A DNA stretch of 34,165 nucleotides from Myxococcota bacterium. GTDB lineage: Bacteria > Myxococcota > Myxococcia > Myxococcales > Myxococcaceae. The DNA lies in assembly GCA_049322255.1 (NCBI GenBank), contig JBMORE010000020.1, positions 1 to 34,165 on the forward strand, in the 5' to 3' direction. Shown here piece by piece: positions 8,621-18,194 of the stretch. How positions within the stretch are numbered: the stretch's first letter is position 1; every line of letters begins with the position of its first letter. The translations under genes and the position numbers were made by a program. Under the pieces are notes generated by a model. That model worked only from the letters and a program-made list of their open reading frames with translations. It made no database searches and was not told where the DNA came from.

Positions 8621-10212
8621 GCGCGGCCCTGAAGCGGCTGGCCTTTCCCGCGCTGGTCCTCACGGTGGTGACGCTCCTCTGGCGGCTGCTCGTCTTCGGC
8701 CCCGCTTCAGGCGGCCTGACCGCGCTGGCCATCTTCGGGGCGTTGCTCGTGCTGGTGCTCCTGGGCGAGCCGCTCTTCGTCATCTTGGGCGGGGTGGCCA
8801 CGCTGTGCTTTTTGCTGCTGGGCGAGGGGTACGACACCTTCGACAGCTATCAAGTCTTGGTGGTGAAGATTGCCAACCTCTCCACCAAGAACGTGCTCTT
8901 GGCGATTCCGTTCTTCGTGGTGAGCGGCGCCATCATGAGCGCAGGCAGCATCGCCGGCCGGCTCATTGCTTTCGCCCGCTCGCTGGTGAGCTGGCTGCCC
9001 GGCGGGCTGGCGGTGGCCACGGTGTTCGCCTGCGTGTTCTTTGCTGCCATCTCCGGCTCCTCCCCGGTGACGGTGATTGCCATCGGCAGCTTGATGCTGC
9101 CCGCGCTCACAGCGGCGAAGTACCGGGAAGAATTTTCCTTGGGGTTGCTCACCGCCGCGGGCTCCTTGGGCATCGTCATTCCGCCCTCCATCCCCATGCT
9201 GGTGTACGCGCTGGTGGCGTCGAACACCGCGCCGGTCGACGTAGGGGAGATGTTTTTGGCCGGGGTGGTGCCCGGGCTGCTCTTGGCCTCGTTCCTCGCC
9301 GCCTACGCCGTCTGGACCGGGGTGCGGGAGAAGCAACCCACCACCCCCTTCGACCCCAAGGAAGTCTTGCGCACCTTCCGCGAGGGCTTCTGGTCGCTGG
9401 GATTGCCGGGAGTCATCTTGGGCGGCATCTACTCGGGGCTGTTCACCCCCACCGAGGCGGCGGCGGTGTCGGTGGCCTATGCGCTGGTGGTAGAGCTGGG
9501 CATTCACCGGCAGCTCGAGCTGCGCCAGCTCTACGACGCGCTGTTGGAGTCGGGGGTGGCGATGGGCGCGCTGCTGATGATCATGGCGCTCTCCTTCGGC
9601 CTCAACGACTTCCTCGTCGAGCGGCGCGTGCCCGACGCGGCCGCGGAGTGGATCGCCAGCAAGAACATGACTCCGCTGCAGTTCGCCCTCGCGGTGAACG
9701 TGCTCTTGCTCCTGGTCGGCTGCCTGATGGACTCCATCTCGGCGCTGCTCATTCTGGCGCCGCTTCTGGTGCCCATCGCCCACGCGCTGGGGCTCGACTT
9801 GGTGCACTTGGGCATCATCTTCATCATCAACTTGGAAATTGGCTACCTCACCCCGCCGGTGGGGATGAACCTGTTCGTCGCCTCCTCGGTGTTCAAAAAG
9901 CCGCTCGGGGTGGTGATTCGCGGCGCGCTGCCGTACGTGGGCATTCTCGCGGTGGGCCTTTTGGTGATGACCTACGTTCCCACCTTCTCTTTGGGCCCGG
10001 TGAACTTCTTCCTGCGCGACGCTCCGGTGTACGCCGCCTTCCCCGACCCCAAGCCGCCCAAGACGAAAGGGGAGGAGGCAGCAGGGGAGAAGGCTTCGCC
10101 GGGCGCAGGCAAAGTGATGACCCTGCAAGAGATGATGGAGGCCGCCAAGGCCCGCGGGCACGCCGACGGCGGCGAAGCGCCTGTGCTTGTCAACGATCGC
10201 CCCGACGAGTAG
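8617..10212 (+). CDS. dctM: TRAP transporter large permease
   Basis: LLAIPFF, FAAISGSS, GSLGIVIPPSIPM, GLFTPTEAA, EIGYLTPPVGMNLFV. GTGA overlap with dctQ. Confidence 0.95.
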   Translation: MSAALKRLAFPALVLTVVTLLWRLLVFGPASGGLTALAIFGALLVLVLLGEPLFVILGGVATLCFLLLGEGYDTFDSYQVLVVKIANLSTKNVLLAIPFFVVSGAIMSAGSIAGRLIAFARSLVSWLPGGLAVATVFACVFFAAISGSSPVTVIAIGSLMLPALTAAKYREEFSLGLLTAAGSLGIVIPPSIPMLVYALVASNTAPVDVGEMFLAGVVPGLLLASFLAAYAVWTGVREKQPTTPFDPKEVLRTFREGFWSLGLPGVILGGIYSGLFTPTEAAAVSVAYALVVELGIHRQLELRQLYDALLESGVAMGALLMIMALSFGLNDFLVERRVPDAAAEWIASKNMTPLQFALAVNVLLLLVGCLMDSISALLILAPLLVPIAHALGLDLVHLGIIFIINLEIGYLTPPVGMNLFVASSVFKKPLGVVIRGALPYVGILAVGLLVMTYVPTFSLGPVNFFLRDAPVYAAFPDPKPPKTKGEEAAGEKASPGAGKVMTLQEMMEAAKARGHADGGEAPVLVNDRPDE

Positions 10213-10245
10213 ACGGGCCGCCTCACTTCGAAGAGGGGAAGCCAA

Positions 10246-11172
10246 ATGAAGATTGCCGGCTCGTTGTGCGTACTCGCCGCCGTCGCACTGCTCGGATGTG
10301 GAGGAAGCACCGCCGCTCCGCTGCTCGACAGCTATCAACCGGCGACAGTGGAAACCGAAGCGCAAGCGAAGACGTGGGCGAGCGTCAGCGCTCCGATGGT
10401 TTACGTGCAGGCCTCGATGCCGTTGGCTTCCATCGGATTGGCCACCCAGCTTCCGGCCGACGCGAGCTCGAGCTTCGACCCCGATTGCCCCAAGCGTACC
10501 CAGAGCGGCAACACCCTCACCGTCGAGGGCGGCTGCACGGACAAGAACGGCGTCAAGTGGTTTGGCAAGGCGGTGCAGAACAGCGAAGCCGCGGGCTCGA
10601 CCACCGGCCGGTTCACCTACCAGGACTTCGGCATGGAGCGCTCGGAAACCTGCCAGGGCAACACGGTCACCAGCAAGGCGACCTTCAACGGAGTCCTGGA
10701 CGTCTCGGGCACCCAGCAGGAAACCAGGTTCGACGTCGACACCAAGGCGGAGGGCACGGACCTCGACGAGAGCACCTGCGCGGTGAAGACCCTCTCCGCG
10801 GCGTGGGATTACCAGGGCACCATCCAGCGCGACGGCAATGCGACCACCTGGAACGGCTCTGGACGGATGGGCAGCTCGGAGCTGGGAGTGGTGAGCGCCG
10901 AGACCAAAGACGAAGTGCTCAACCCAAGCACCTGCGCCAACGAGGCCAGCTCGGGTACCACCACCATCAAGGCCGGCTCGAACATCGTGGTCATCACCTA
11001 CGACGGAGCGACCAAGTGCGACGACAATTCCACGGCGAAGTGGAGCCTCAACGGGGCGGACAAAGGAGAGCTCACCGGCGTGGCTTGTTCGGCTGCCAGC
11101 GGCCCCGCCACGGTGGGCGCGAGCTTGATGGTGCTGGCCGCGCTGGCGCTGGTGCGCCGCCGTTTTCGCTAG
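10246..11172 (+). CDS. Hypothetical lipoprotein with a C-terminal MYXO-CTERM-like tail
   Basis: Lipobox ALLGC, a Thr/Ser/Gly-rich beta-type body with several Cys, and C-terminus ACSAASG-hydrophobic helix-RRRFR. GAGGGG RBS upstream. Confidence 0.8.
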   Translation: MKIAGSLCVLAAVALLGCGGSTAAPLLDSYQPATVETEAQAKTWASVSAPMVYVQASMPLASIGLATQLPADASSSFDPDCPKRTQSGNTLTVEGGCTDKNGVKWFGKAVQNSEAAGSTTGRFTYQDFGMERSETCQGNTVTSKATFNGVLDVSGTQQETRFDVDTKAEGTDLDESTCAVKTLSAAWDYQGTIQRDGNATTWNGSGRMGSSELGVVSAETKDEVLNPSTCANEASSGTTTIKAGSNIVVITYDGATKCDDNSTAKWSLNGADKGELTGVACSAASGPATVGASLMVLAALALVRRRFR

Positions 11173-11222
11173 GAATATGCCCAGCCCCTCGCATTCAGGC
11201 GAGGGTGGTGTAATCACCCGGT

Positions 11223-12050
11223 ATGGAAAAGCGCGTCGCGTTGATTACCGGAGGAAGCCGCGGGGTGGGGCGGGCGGTGTCGCTGCGGCTGGCCAAGGCG
11301 GGGCTGGACATCGTCTCCACCTATCGCCGCGATGAAGGTGCGGCGAAGTCGTTGGTGCAGGAGGTCAGCGCGCTGGGGCGTCGCTGCACGGTGCGGGTGG
11401 CGGATCAGCTTCAGCCAGAGAGCCTCGCCCCCGTCGTGCAGTGGGTGAAGAGCGAGTACGGACGTCTCGACGTCTTGGTGGCCAACGCCGCCTCCACCGC
11501 TTTCGTGCCACTTCTGGACATGAAGCTCCACCAGATGGAAAAGACCTTCAACGTCACCGTGAAGTCCTTCGTCTACTTGGCGCAGCTGGCGGCGCCGCTG
11601 ATGAGCAAGAAAGATGCGTCCATCGTCGCGGTGAGTGGCATGGACTCGCGCATGCCGCTGCCCTTCCACGGTTTCCTGGGGGCGATGAAAGGGGCGATGG
11701 AGGTGCTGGTGAAGTACCTGGCATGCGAGCTTGCCCCGGAGCGCATTCGGGTGAACGCGGTCAACCCCGGCTACATCGACACCGATTCCGCGCGTTTCTA
11801 CATGGGCGAGGCTTTCTCCACCCTGGAGGAGAAGGTGAAGACCGTCCTCCCGGCTGGCCACGTGGCGAGCGCCGACGAAATTGCCGCCGTCATCGAGTGG
11901 CTGTGCTCTGAAGGCGCCGGCTACATCAATGGGCAGACCCTGGTGGTCGACGGCGGGTTGGAGATCAGCTACGGAATGCAGCTGGCCACGCTGCTCACGC
12001 CCGGGCCGGGGCTGAGGCTCAGTGGCCGAAAAGCGGTGTCAGAAGTCTGA
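11223..12050 (+). CDS. SDR oxidoreductase, FabL-like (enoyl-ACP/CoA reductase-type)
   Basis: [49 protein letters not shown]. The active-site segment reads H-x6-K (HGFLGAMK). Confidence 0.88.
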   Translation: MEKRVALITGGSRGVGRAVSLRLAKAGLDIVSTYRRDEGAAKSLVQEVSALGRRCTVRVADQLQPESLAPVVQWVKSEYGRLDVLVANAASTAFVPLLDMKLHQMEKTFNVTVKSFVYLAQLAAPLMSKKDASIVAVSGMDSRMPLPFHGFLGAMKGAMEVLVKYLACELAPERIRVNAVNPGYIDTDSARFYMGEAFSTLEEKVKTVLPAGHVASADEIAAVIEWLCSEGAGYINGQTLVVDGGLEISYGMQLATLLTPGPGLRLSGRKAVSEV

Positions 12051-12101
12051 CTTGGCGGGGGCTTTGGGCCATCGCCGTCCAGAGTCTCTCCGGAGGTGAC
12101 C

Positions 12102-13793
12102 ATGGGTATGAAGACCGGGTTGGCGCTCGCACTTCTGGCGCTGTTGTGCGCGGGCTGCAATTGCGGTGGTGGGGATACCGGGGGTGGAGGGGGAGGAGGC
12201 GGTGCGGGCGGCGGCAGTGACCCGGCCGTGTCCGACGCCGACGGCGACACCATCTCCGATGCTCACGAGGGCCCGGAGGGGGTGGACACCGACCGGGACG
12301 GCACGCCCGACCGGCTCGACACCGACACCGATGGCGACGGCATTCCCGACGCCGTCGAGGCCGGTGACGCAGACCTGGCCACCGCCCCCGTCGACACCGA
12401 TGCCGACGGGGCGCCGAACTTCCGGGACCTCGACTCGGACGACGACGGCGTCCCCGACAAGGTGGAAGACCCGAACGGCAATGGCGTCGTCGACCCGGGC
12501 GAGAGCTCTCCGCTCAACGGAGACACCGACGGCGACGGCGTTCCGGACATCGTCGAGCGGGTCGCCGGCACCAACCCCAGCGACGCCACCAGCCAGATTC
12601 CGCCGGGCGACTTCTACTTCGTCCTCCCCTTCGGCGACCCTCCCGTGGAGGCGGCGTTCGATTTCACCACCAGCCTGCGCAAGGCCGACGTCTTCTTCTC
12701 CGTCGACACCACGGGCAGCATGGAGCAGGAGATTGCCAACATTCAGTCGTCGCTCAGCTCCATCCTCGCCGGGGTGCGGACGGAGATTCCCAACGCGGCG
12801 TTCGGGGTGGGGCGCTTCGCCGATTTCCCGTACGACCCGTTCGGGCTCCCGGGCGACCGGCCGTACGGGCTGGTCCAGCGCATTACCCAGAACGACGCGC
12901 AAGTCTCCAGCGGCATCAACGCGCTGCTGCCCGCCACCGGCGGCAACGACAGGCCCGAATCCGGGTACGAGGCGCTCTACCAGTGGGCCGCCGGCCTGGG
13001 GCTGCCCGCGTTCGACCTTCCGCCCTACGACTGGCAGCCCGGCTTCCAGTCGACGGCTGGCCACGGGCAGCTGGGTGGGGCCGGGTTCCGTCCCGACGCG
13101 TTGCCCATCATCGTTCACGTCACCGATGCGCGCTCCCACGACTCGAGCGAATACCCAGGGAGCTTCGGCGCACACTCCAGCGCCGCGTCCCTCGCCGCCC
13201 TCAACAAGATGGGCGCCCGGGTCATCGGCATCAACAGCCTGGAGAACGCCGGCACCGCGTTCGATGCCCGCTCGCAGCTCGAAGACCTGGCCGCCGCGAC
13301 GAACGCGATGATTCCCGCGTCGGGCACCCCGCCTTCGTGTCCCACCGGTGTCAACGCGTCGCCCAAACCCACCTATGGCACCACCGGCAAGTGTGCGCTG
13401 GTCTTCGACGTCAATACCGACGGGAGCGGCCTGGGCAGCCGGGTGCTCGACGCCATCAAGTCGCTCGCTTCGTTGGGCACCATCGACATCTCCTCGGTCG
13501 CCAAGGGAGACCCGGTGCGGCTGCCGAATCTCGACACTGCGCGCTTCATCAAGCTCATCACCCCGGTGCCCCCTCCGCCGGCCGGAGCCACCATCGCCGG
13601 AGACGTGTTCAGGAACGTCACCACCGGGAGCACGGTGAAGTTCAAGTTCCAAGCGCAGAACGACTTCATGCCGCCGGCGCCCACGGACCAGCTCTTCAAG
13701 GTGAACCTCGAGGTGGTCGGAGACGGCGTCACCACGCTCGACGTTCGCACCGTGTACGTCATCGTTCCGCGCGGCATCGGCGGCATCAACTAA
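12102..13793 (+). CDS. Lipoprotein with Ca-binding thrombospondin type-3-like repeats and an integrin-beta-like VWA domain (CglD-like architecture)
   Basis: GGAGG RBS, lipobox LCAGC, poly-Gly linker, repeated DxDxDG(I/V)PD motifs. VWA motifs: [54 protein letters not shown]. Confidence 0.85.
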   Translation: MGMKTGLALALLALLCAGCNCGGGDTGGGGGGGGAGGGSDPAVSDADGDTISDAHEGPEGVDTDRDGTPDRLDTDTDGDGIPDAVEAGDADLATAPVDTDADGAPNFRDLDSDDDGVPDKVEDPNGNGVVDPGESSPLNGDTDGDGVPDIVERVAGTNPSDATSQIPPGDFYFVLPFGDPPVEAAFDFTTSLRKADVFFSVDTTGSMEQEIANIQSSLSSILAGVRTEIPNAAFGVGRFADFPYDPFGLPGDRPYGLVQRITQNDAQVSSGINALLPATGGNDRPESGYEALYQWAAGLGLPAFDLPPYDWQPGFQSTAGHGQLGGAGFRPDALPIIVHVTDARSHDSSEYPGSFGAHSSAASLAALNKMGARVIGINSLENAGTAFDARSQLEDLAAATNAMIPASGTPPSCPTGVNASPKPTYGTTGKCALVFDVNTDGSGLGSRVLDAIKSLASLGTIDISSVAKGDPVRLPNLDTARFIKLITPVPPPPAGATIAGDVFRNVTTGSTVKFKFQAQNDFMPPAPTDQLFKVNLEVVGDGVTTLDVRTVYVIVPRGIGGIN

Positions 13794-13805
13794 TCGAGGA
13801 AAACC

Positions 13806-16800
13806 ATGCGACGAATCGTGAAGGTCACCGCCGTTGCCGCCGCCCTCGCCGGCCTCGTCGCCGCGGGGGTCGCCTTCGCCGACAGCGTGGCGCAGGTCTC
13901 CACTGCCAAGCGCATCAGCCGCCAGACGGTGGCACTCATCGACCCGCAGACGGGGCGACCCGCGGGCGACGGCGGCACCGACACCGTGACCAAGGTGGGC
14001 GACGTGCTCACCTTCGTCATCCAGTTCACGCCGGTGCCCAACGGCGCCTACCGCGGGCTGGGCGGCTACATCACCGACTACATTCCCGGCAACACCGAGG
14101 TCGTGGGGGCGCGCATCATCGACAGAAACGGCAACACCGTCTCGCCCCACCGCGGAGGCCTGGCCGCGGACGGTGTCGGCCCGCGCGGCCCGAGCAACTA
14201 CGCCACGCTGCCCGGCGGTACGACTGGTACCAATGGTTCGATGTCGCAGCTCTACGCCGACACCGGCGTCTTCTTCTCCACCGACCCACGCACCTCGCGC
14301 CAGCCGGCCACCGGCTTTCTCACCTTCCAGAACGGGCTGGTGATGAGCCCCGAGCCGACCGGCGCCGGCGGGCTCAAGAACATCCTCGGGGTGGCCTCGC
14401 CCGTCCACGCGCACAACGCTTGGGACTTGGCGCAGGTGATGGCGCTGGGTGTCGGCGCTGCGGTCAACGGCGGCCAGGGCAATACCCCCGAGCACGTCGG
14501 CAACCTGGGCATCGGCTACGGCTCGGCGGTGGCTGGCCCAGACACCTGGTACCAGCTGGAGGCCAGCATCGACCCGCCGACGGCTGCCATCTCCACTGCC
14601 AACGCCAAGTTCCTCGGCAACGTCGGTCCGTGGAAGCGCATTCGCACCACCGGCGGTGAAATCGGTCGGCGCGGCGCAGGCAACACGCCCCCGCTGAGCA
14701 CCCAGGTGATGCCTGACCCGGGCCTCCCCACGCGCGTCGGGGTGCCCGCAGTGGACGGAACCGGAGCGCTCCTCGGGTGGAACCTCAGCCCCGACAACCC
14801 CTTGCCCTCGGGCGCTGATGGTGGCGTGAGGACGAACGCGGTGCGTTTCGCCCTGGGCGAGCTGGTGGTCGGCGACGAGTATTACGCGGAGATTTCGCTG
14901 CGCGTGAAGGGGCTGCCGCTCGACCCCGCCTCCGGCATGGACGTCAACTGCGCTGAAGTCACCGGCGGCGATGCCTCGGCGCGTGACCAGAACGGCACTG
15001 GCGGAGGTAAGGACAACACCTGGCGCTACTTCTTGCCCGCGCCCTCCTGCGTGATGCTCAACCTCTTGTTCGAGAACACCGTCGACAAGGTACTGGCGCT
15101 GAGCGGCAGCACGCTCACCTACACCATCGAGGTCAAGAACCTCTCCACCGCGGCGCAGCAGAACGTGGTGGTGCGCGACTGCTACGACCCCGCCGACGAG
15201 GTTTTCGTCGCCGCAGGGACGACCGCCGGGTACACGCTGGACAACGCCGGGACGGGGTGCCCCAACCCGGCGGTCGAGGACGCCTTGGTGTGGAACGTGG
15301 GCACGATGGCGCCCGGAGCAACCAACACCTTCACCGTCACCTTCACCGCCAACAACACCGCCACCAACCGCGCCGTCTACACCTCGCAGGCTTTGCCCGC
15401 GCCCGGCTTCGTGGCGACCGCGTTCACCACCATCGCCTCGGTGGCGGTGATGCGGCTCGATTTGACTGCTGCGCCGAGCTACCTTGCGGTCGCACCCGGC
15501 ACCGTTCACTACACGGCGAAGGTGAACAACGTCGGCACAGGGCCGGCCTCTTTCACCGGCTGCTCCGGCGTCGGCTGCTACGTGGAGGTCGAGCTGCCCG
15601 CGGGCTTCACGTACAAGGCGGGCACGACGATGGTCGACGGCGCTGCGGTGACGCAGAACCCGACGCAGATGGGCCGCCGCCTGCGCTTCTTGGGCGTGCC
15701 TCTCCTGCCAGCCAGCATCGCCGCCAGCGGCGTGTTGACCCTGGAGTTCGACGTCGATGTTCCCACGGGAACGGTGCCGGGCGTCTACCCATCGAACCTC
15801 AGCACCTGGACCCGCAGCGCACAGGACTTCGAAGACGCGCTCTTCGGGGTGGCGCCCGTGGCCGTGGGTAGGCCGCGCAGCGACCCTCCGGTGGTGAACG
15901 CCCCCATCACTCAAGGAGCCACCACCGTCTCCGGCACCACCACCGAAGCGGCCGGCTCGATGGTGCGTGTCTTCGTCAACGGCAACCCCGCCGGTTCGGG
16001 AGTCTCAGCCGCCGGCGGCACCTTCTCGGTCACGGTGCCCACCTTGATTGCGGGCCAGCGGGTCACGGCGACGGTGGAAGCCCCCGGAGAGTTCGAGAGC
16101 GCCCCCTCCGCGCCCGTGGTCGTCCAGGGCGTCGGTGGGGTGGCGGCTTGCTCGGACGGAAACGACAACGACGGCGATGGCAAGACCGACTTCCCCGCAG
16201 ACCCCGGCTGCCTCTCGGCCAACGACATCGATGAAACCGACGTGCCCCAGTGCTCCGATGGGGCGGACAACGATGGAGACACCCAGGTCGACTACCCCAA
16301 CGACCCGGGTTGCAGCTCCTTCGTGGACAACTCCGAGGTCGGGGCGGCGGCGTGCGCGGACGGGGCGGACAACGACGGTGACGGCAAGACCGACTTCCCT
16401 GGTGACCCTGGCTGTACTTCGGCCAGCGATACCAGCGAGGCCGACATCCCCGCCTGTGCCGACGGCACAGACAACGACGGCGATGGCAAGGTTGACTACC
16501 CCGATGACCCCGGCTGCGCGTTCGCGGTAGACGACGACGAGGCCGATGGCGTGACGACTCCACCCGATGGTGGGATTTCCAATGACGGTGGTACCGGTGG
16601 CGGCGGTGCGGGGGACGCGGGTGCTGGCCCAGGCGACGCGGGAGAGGGCGCGAGTGACGCAGGCGACGCGCCAGACGCCGGGAATGGGGCAGGAGACGCG
16701 GGGGAGGGCGGAGACATTGGGGTGGCGAAGAGCGGCTGCGGCTGCTCCACGAACGGAACGGCAGCCCCGTTGATCTTTTTCGCCGTGGCGTTGGGGTGGG

Positions 16801-16823
16801 CGCGGCGCCGCCGGACCAGCTGA
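13806..16823 (+). CDS. Secreted MYXO-CTERM surface protein with DUF11-like/Ig-like domains and Cys/Asp Ca-binding repeats
   Basis: Signal peptide (AFA-D), DUF11-like segments (GDVLTFVIQF; GSTLTYTIEVKN...NVVVRD), four CxDGxDNDGD..D.P.DPGC repeats, a DAG-rich linker and terminal SGCGCS-hydrophobic-RRRR. Confidence 0.88.
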   Translation: MRRIVKVTAVAAALAGLVAAGVAFADSVAQVSTAKRISRQTVALIDPQTGRPAGDGGTDTVTKVGDVLTFVIQFTPVPNGAYRGLGGYITDYIPGNTEVVGARIIDRNGNTVSPHRGGLAADGVGPRGPSNYATLPGGTTGTNGSMSQLYADTGVFFSTDPRTSRQPATGFLTFQNGLVMSPEPTGAGGLKNILGVASPVHAHNAWDLAQVMALGVGAAVNGGQGNTPEHVGNLGIGYGSAVAGPDTWYQLEASIDPPTAAISTANAKFLGNVGPWKRIRTTGGEIGRRGAGNTPPLSTQVMPDPGLPTRVGVPAVDGTGALLGWNLSPDNPLPSGADGGVRTNAVRFALGELVVGDEYYAEISLRVKGLPLDPASGMDVNCAEVTGGDASARDQNGTGGGKDNTWRYFLPAPSCVMLNLLFENTVDKVLALSGSTLTYTIEVKNLSTAAQQNVVVRDCYDPADEVFVAAGTTAGYTLDNAGTGCPNPAVEDALVWNVGTMAPGATNTFTVTFTANNTATNRAVYTSQALPAPGFVATAFTTIASVAVMRLDLTAAPSYLAVAPGTVHYTAKVNNVGTGPASFTGCSGVGCYVEVELPAGFTYKAGTTMVDGAAVTQNPTQMGRRLRFLGVPLLPASIAASGVLTLEFDVDVPTGTVPGVYPSNLSTWTRSAQDFEDALFGVAPVAVGRPRSDPPVVNAPITQGATTVSGTTTEAAGSMVRVFVNGNPAGSGVSAAGGTFSVTVPTLIAGQRVTATVEAPGEFESAPSAPVVVQGVGGVAACSDGNDNDGDGKTDFPADPGCLSANDIDETDVPQCSDGADNDGDTQVDYPNDPGCSSFVDNSEVGAAACADGADNDGDGKTDFPGDPGCTSASDTSEADIPACADGTDNDGDGKVDYPDDPGCAFAVDDDEADGVTTPPDGGISNDGGTGGGGAGDAGAGPGDAGEGASDAGDAPDAGNGAGDAGEGGDIGVAKSGCGCSTNGTAAPLIFFAVALGWARRRRTS
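16149..16518 (+). repeat. Four 34-aa (102-bp) coding repeats CxDGxDNDGDxxxDxPxDPGC
   Basis: Directly visible in the translation of 13806..16823. Confidence 0.9.
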
Positions 16824-16833
16824 GACGAGCTCG

Positions 16834-18192
16834 TCAGGGGAACCCCCCTGCGGCTTTGGCCAACCGCAGCATGGCCAGCTGGGCATTGAGCTGCTCGCCG
16901 ATGGCGGAGAGCTCGGCCGCCAGAAGCGCGGTGTTGGCATCGGAGACCTGCAAGTAGGTCGCCGCGCCCGAGGTGTACGCGGCCTGGGCGAGCTGCGCCG
17001 ACTCGCGTGCCAGCGCCAAAGCCTCGGCCGCCTTCTTCTCGTTCGCCTGCGCGCTCTTGAGGTCGAGCTCCGCGCGCCGCAGCTCGTCCTTGGCCTTGTT
17101 TTGGGCGGAGCGCCACAGCGCCTGCGCTTCCTCTTGTTTGGCCGCCGTCTCGCGCAGCTCGGACTCCCGCAGCCCTCCGTCCCACAGGAGCCACTGCAGC
17201 CCCACCCCCACCGCCCACGTGTCGTAGGTGCCGGTGAAGCCGCGCGCGTTGCTCACCCGGTAGGCGGCGGTGAGGCCCAAGCTGGGGGCGTACTTGAACC
17301 ACACTCCACGACGGAGCCCGTCGGCCAGCTCCACGCCCACCCGTGCCGCCTCGACATCGGGCCGGTCGCCTTCCGTGGCTTCGAGCACTGGGCGCGGAGG
17401 CCGCTCCACCTCGAAATCGGCATCGCGGTCCAACAGCGTCGCCAGCGAGCTCTTCACTCCCGCATACGCATTGCGGGTCCGCTCGACATCTTGTTCGGAG
17501 CGGGCTCGGTCCACCTCCGCGCGCAAAAGCTCGATTTTCGGCGCCGCACCCAGCTCGTACCGCTGGCGGGCGTCCTTCTCGTGGGCCTGGTTCATTTCCA
17601 AGAGCTTCTCCTGGACGGCCAACGCCTCTTTGAGCCCCGCGGCGCCGTAGTAGGCCTGCACCACCGCGAAGAGAATCTCCCGCCGCGCCGCTTCGACGCT
17701 GAGGGCCGCCACTTGTTCTCCCAAGTGCGCATTGGAGAGCGCTGGCCACAGCGCCGGTACCACCAGTGCCTGCTGTAGCTGCAGCTGCGCCCCCAGCTGG
17801 TTCAGCGGCTGAATCTCCGCCTCTACGAAGCCTGAAGGGAAAAGGACGTGCGAGGTCTGTAGACCGGGCGGGTTCTCCGCCGAGACGGGCTGGCCGGGAT
17901 CGAACACCGGCCCTTGCGGCTGTACCACGTCGCGAATGAAGTAGCCGGTGGGCAAGGCAATCTTCGCCTCCACCGAGTTGCGGGTGTACGTTCCGCCGAC
18001 GGACAGCTGCGGCAGGTAGGCGGCCAACACCTTGCGAGAAGCCTCTCGCACTTGCGCGAGCCGGGCGTGGGCCGCCTTCAAGTCGAGGTTTCGCTCGCTG
18101 GCTCCTTGGAGCGCCGCCTCCAGGGTCAGCACCGGTTGCGCCCTCACCGGCAGCGCCAAGACAATGGTCAGAACGAGCCATGCGCGAGCCAT
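16834..18192 (-). CDS. TolC-family outer membrane efflux protein
   Basis: Signal peptide, LTLEAALQGASERNLDL, YLPQLSV, VVQAYY, LWDGG. Last gene of the RND operon. Confidence 0.92.
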   Translation of the reverse strand: MARAWLVLTIVLALPVRAQPVLTLEAALQGASERNLDLKAAHARLAQVREASRKVLAAYLPQLSVGGTYTRNSVEAKIALPTGYFIRDVVQPQGPVFDPGQPVSAENPPGLQTSHVLFPSGFVEAEIQPLNQLGAQLQLQQALVVPALWPALSNAHLGEQVAALSVEAARREILFAVVQAYYGAAGLKEALAVQEKLLEMNQAHEKDARQRYELGAAPKIELLRAEVDRARSEQDVERTRNAYAGVKSSLATLLDRDADFEVERPPRPVLEATEGDRPDVEAARVGVELADGLRRGVWFKYAPSLGLTAAYRVSNARGFTGTYDTWAVGVGLQWLLWDGGLRESELRETAAKQEEAQALWRSAQNKAKDELRRAELDLKSAQANEKKAAEALALARESAQLAQAAYTSGAATYLQVSDANTALLAAELSAIGEQLNAQLAMLRLAKAAGGFP

Positions 18193-18194
18193 GG

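Noticed and set aside
11186..11205. Hairpin ccctcgc-attcag-gcgaggg between the lipoprotein and SDR genes
   Set aside because: It has no U-tract and is too short to assign as a terminator or as a member of the REP-like family.
12039..15914. 1291-aa minus-strand ORF, and similar long ORFs such as 8707..11217, 8805..11213 and 30872..33259
   Set aside because: These are shadow frames of well-supported genes in high-GC DNA and carry no recognisable motifs.
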